This document shows, piece by piece, positions 62,501 to 64,000 of a stretch of DNA of 64,000 nucleotides. Position 1 is the stretch's first letter. Every line of letters begins with the position of its first letter. A model generated the notes under the pieces. It worked only from the letters and a program-made list of their open reading frames with translations, was not told the DNA's origin and searched no databases. The position numbers were made by a program, and so were the translations under genes. This DNA is from an uncultured Acidobacteriota bacterium (GTDB taxonomy: Bacteria; Acidobacteriota; Vicinamibacteria; Fen-336): positions 608,720 through 672,719 of the forward strand of contig CAVTBK010000001.1 of assembly GCA_963732935.1 (NCBI GenBank), written 5' to 3'.

Positions 62501-62954
62501 GGCGCAAGGCGACCACGCGGGTCTCGAGCAGGTGCGGGGCGAGGCTCGGGCGCAGCAGCCCGACCGGCGACGCCACCAGCGCACGCAGCGCCTCGCCCCC
62601 GTTCGCGCCGCCCCGCGCGTGCAGCAGCGCCGCGGCACGGCGCGCCGAAGCGTCGGCGTGCCGGGGCAAGCCTCGGAAAGGAGAGGGTCCCGGGGCCGGC
62701 AGCGCCAGGATGGAGCCGGGGATCTCCGCCTGCGCGGCGAGCGTACGCAGGTCCTGGGCCGCTTCCTCCACGTCACGCTCGCGAGGGACGACGACCAGCA
62801 CCGGCGCCTCGGCGAGCAGCAGCGGCAGCAGCACACGGGCCGGCCCGGCCAGGCCGGAGAGCCGCGCCGATCCGGACGCGGCGAGGCGCGCGCGCGCCTG
62901 GGCGAGCAGGGGCAGATCCGCGAGACCGCCGAGCGCGGCGCCGCGCTCGTTCAC
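59541..62954 (-). CDS. mfd: Transcription-repair coupling factor
   Basis: RRGGILDVF, VVHEEHGIG, CGDVGYGKTEVA, DEEQRFGV, SATPIPRT, QLRGRVGR and TRCF domain. Confidence 0.97.
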   Translation of the reverse strand: MNERGAALGGLADLPLLAQARARLAASGSARLSGLAGPARVLLPLLLAEAPVLVVVPRERDVEEAAQDLRTLAAQAEIPGSILALPAPGPSPFRGLPRHADASARRAAALLHARGGANGGEALRALVASPVGLLRPSLAPHLLETRVVALRPGDEMTPEILLEALDEGGYAREDPVTAPGQMARRGGILDVFPSDAEDPVRIEFFGDTVESLRHFDPDSQRATGPLDCLVTLPLSDVFATRSVLAALAPILEERFSDRRELAPLLASLERGLQPELLADLVPLVPGATQPPWDHLPPGPVVIVEPELVRQETESFWARACEDQARHAEGLTAAPEELLIAPAALQERLARAPSIEVREVASEDGSFHISCRPAPLYAGDLVRLADDLRRASGTTVVFLGNPGRADRLGDLLREDGIAVGEGLAVRTRVGSLSRGFELPEARLSVLADGDVFPEEVHLHARGRRRGGLRSFLSDFRDLKIGDLVVHEEHGIGRFLGLETLEVAGSTREFMVLGYKGGDKLKVPVEAFDRIQKYASAEGARPAIDRLGSGAWEKTKSRVKKAMRDMAQELLRLYAERKARPGHAFTGESPWQREFEEAFEYEETGDQEQAIRDVAADMAAPAPMDRLICGDVGYGKTEVAMRAAMRCVLDGKQVAVLAPTTILAFQHWKTFRKRFAPFPVTIDMISRFRSAKETKAVLARAAGGALDVLIGTHRLLSKDVAFRDLGLLIVDEEQRFGVAAKERLKRLKTNVDCLTLSATPIPRTLQMGLSGIRDMSVIETPPRDRLAIQTAIVKFSTEVIAAAIRQELARDGQVFFVHNRVESIYSLASLVQRLVSEARVGVAHGQMPEAELERVMLAFVEGRLDVLVATTIVENGLDIPRANTLLVNRADRYGLAQLYQLRGRVGRSDRRAYAHLLVPPDTVLSEIARKRLAAIREFSDLGAGFRIAALDLELRGAGNLLGGQQSGHLQAVGLDLYVKLLEQAIGELRGEAAPEASRAILNLRLEMRVPPEYVPETYQRLSIYKRVSQTRDASEVEALRAELRDRYGPPPVEVEGLLRYAELRARAEVLGVTEASLVSGTLVVRLDPRTTVTPERLVELASGRRGGALLPDGLRWPLAPAETPLGGLGTLLDALRGGL

Positions 62955-63436
62955 CGGCGGCGGATCCGCGCGACCAGCGAGGAGCTCGAGCGCCCGGGCA
63001 GGATCTCGACCCGCGCCACGCGGCCGCCGGCCGCCTCGACCTGCGCACGGCCCACGATCGCGTCGGGCGCCCAGTCGGCACCCTTGACCAGCACGTCGGG
63101 GAGGAGCGCCGCGACGACCGCGAGCGGCGTCGGCTCCTCGTAGACGACGACGCGGTCGACGGGCTCGAGCGCGAGCAGGAGCTCGGCGCGCTCCTCGGCC
63201 GGTACCACCGGCCGGCCCTCGCCCTTGAGACCGCGGACCGAGGCGTCGGAGTTGAGGGCCACCACCAGCAGGTCGCCCTCCCGGCGGGCCGCCTCGAGCA
63301 GCGCCAGGTGCCCGGAGTGCAGCAGGTCGAAGCAGCCGTTCGTGAGCACGACCCTGCGCCGCTCGGCGCGCCAGGCGGCGCGCTCGCGCGTCAGGCGCTC
63401 GAGGCTCGTCGGCTCTCTCCTGCCCGGGTCGCCCAC
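62951..63436 (-). CDS. rfaE2: D-glycero-beta-D-manno-heptose 1-phosphate adenylyltransferase (HldC/RfaE domain II)
   Basis: TNGCFDLLHSGH, LNSDASVR.LKG..RP, LVKGADW and SSSSL motifs. Confidence 0.92.
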   Translation of the reverse strand: MGDPGRREPTSLERLTRERAAWRAERRRVVLTNGCFDLLHSGHLALLEAARREGDLLVVALNSDASVRGLKGEGRPVVPAEERAELLLALEPVDRVVVYEEPTPLAVVAALLPDVLVKGADWAPDAIVGRAQVEAAGGRVARVEILPGRSSSSLVARIRRR

Positions 63437-63464
63437 GCTCACAGGATAGCGCGCGCGACCGCGC

Positions 63465-64000
63465 TCAGACGGGCTCGTCGCCCACGTCCAGCTCGGGGCG
63501 CGCCTCCGGCGCCTCGAGCGTGACCCCGCCGGAGAAGGACCAGCGGTGCCGCGGGCGGTAGACACCCACGTCCTTGGTGCGGCTCTTGACGCGGAAGGAG
63601 TGCAGCCCGCGGTGATAGTCGTAGGGTGTCCCGTCCTTGCGATGCACGGCGACGTCCACGAGGTAGGTACCCTCGACCAGGCTCAGCGCTTCCAGGGTCA
63701 GCCGCACCTCGGCGTCGCCCTCGAGACGCAAGGGCTCGAAGCGCTCGATGTCGGTGTTGGTCCCGTAGACGTTCGCCCCTTCCGCCGAGAAGAGGCCGAC
63801 CCCGAAGGCGAAGTCCTCGACCAGGTCGGAGGCGTGGACGGAGAGGGCGAGAGTCACGTTCTCGCCGGGCACGAACACGTGTCGCTCGCGCCCGCTCGCG
63901 TCGAGCAGGCGCAGCGAGCGGATCTCCACCTCGTGGCTGCCCCAGCGATCGGCCGACCCGCCGCGTTGCGCCGGGTCCACGCGCCGGTGCTCGCGCGCGG
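63465..64000 (-). CDS. Wzt-type ABC ATPase C-terminal carbohydrate-binding domain (partial; starts beyond the window)
   Basis: RWGS.EVEI, FGVGLF...VYGTNT and LVEGTYLVDVAVH motifs. Confidence 0.8.
   Translation of the reverse strand, partial: AREHRRVDPAQRGGSADRWGSHEVEIRSLRLLDASGRERHVFVPGENVTLALSVHASDLVEDFAFGVGLFSAEGANVYGTNTDIERFEPLRLEGDAEVRLTLEALSLVEGTYLVDVAVHRKDGTPYDYHRGLHSFRVKSRTKDVGVYRPRHRWSFSGGVTLEAPEARPELDVGDEPV

Overview
A high-GC bacterial chromosome segment, almost certainly from Acidobacteriota. The 16S 5' end carries the phylum-typical GGCTCAGAATCAACG, and the VWA-type and Pro-rich surface proteins suggest Vicinamibacteria (inference). From 1 to 14.2 kb is a surface-glycan locus: wzm, wzt, a GT2, an outer-membrane beta-barrel, a short OPX and Wzc, followed by two Pro/Thr-rich surface proteins and a coupled operon of O-antigen-ligase-like gene, DxDxDG lipoprotein and O-antigen-ligase-like gene. 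The remainder is mostly core genome: fadD (one frameshift), folK, dNK, a SprT-like protease, a heterodimeric ABC exporter, an rluB-like gene, a fabZ-like gene, VWA, OmpA, an ECF sigma/anti-sigma pair, aroF, DUF4388, HNH, eda, kdgK, queA, ruvBAC, yebC, a complete rRNA operon (16S-Ile-Ala-23S-5S, minus strand), tyrS, purN, purM, an unannotated LysW-like mini-protein, STAS, ppiD, FecR, GAF-GGDEF, mreB (about 9 indels), mreCD, mrdA, rodA, rng, ATL, two PPIases, mfd, hldC and a partial second wzt. I found no CRISPR array, prophage or transposase. The best leads are: a SprT-type protease with an N-terminal sliding-clamp-like motif, an orphan LysW-like carrier with a non-canonical C-terminus, a FabZ lacking its catalytic His, a possible protein O-glycosylation module, a DnaD-like hypothetical protein coupled to rng, and recurrent leaderless or short-leader promoters. 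All family calls come from reading motifs by eye, not from database searches.
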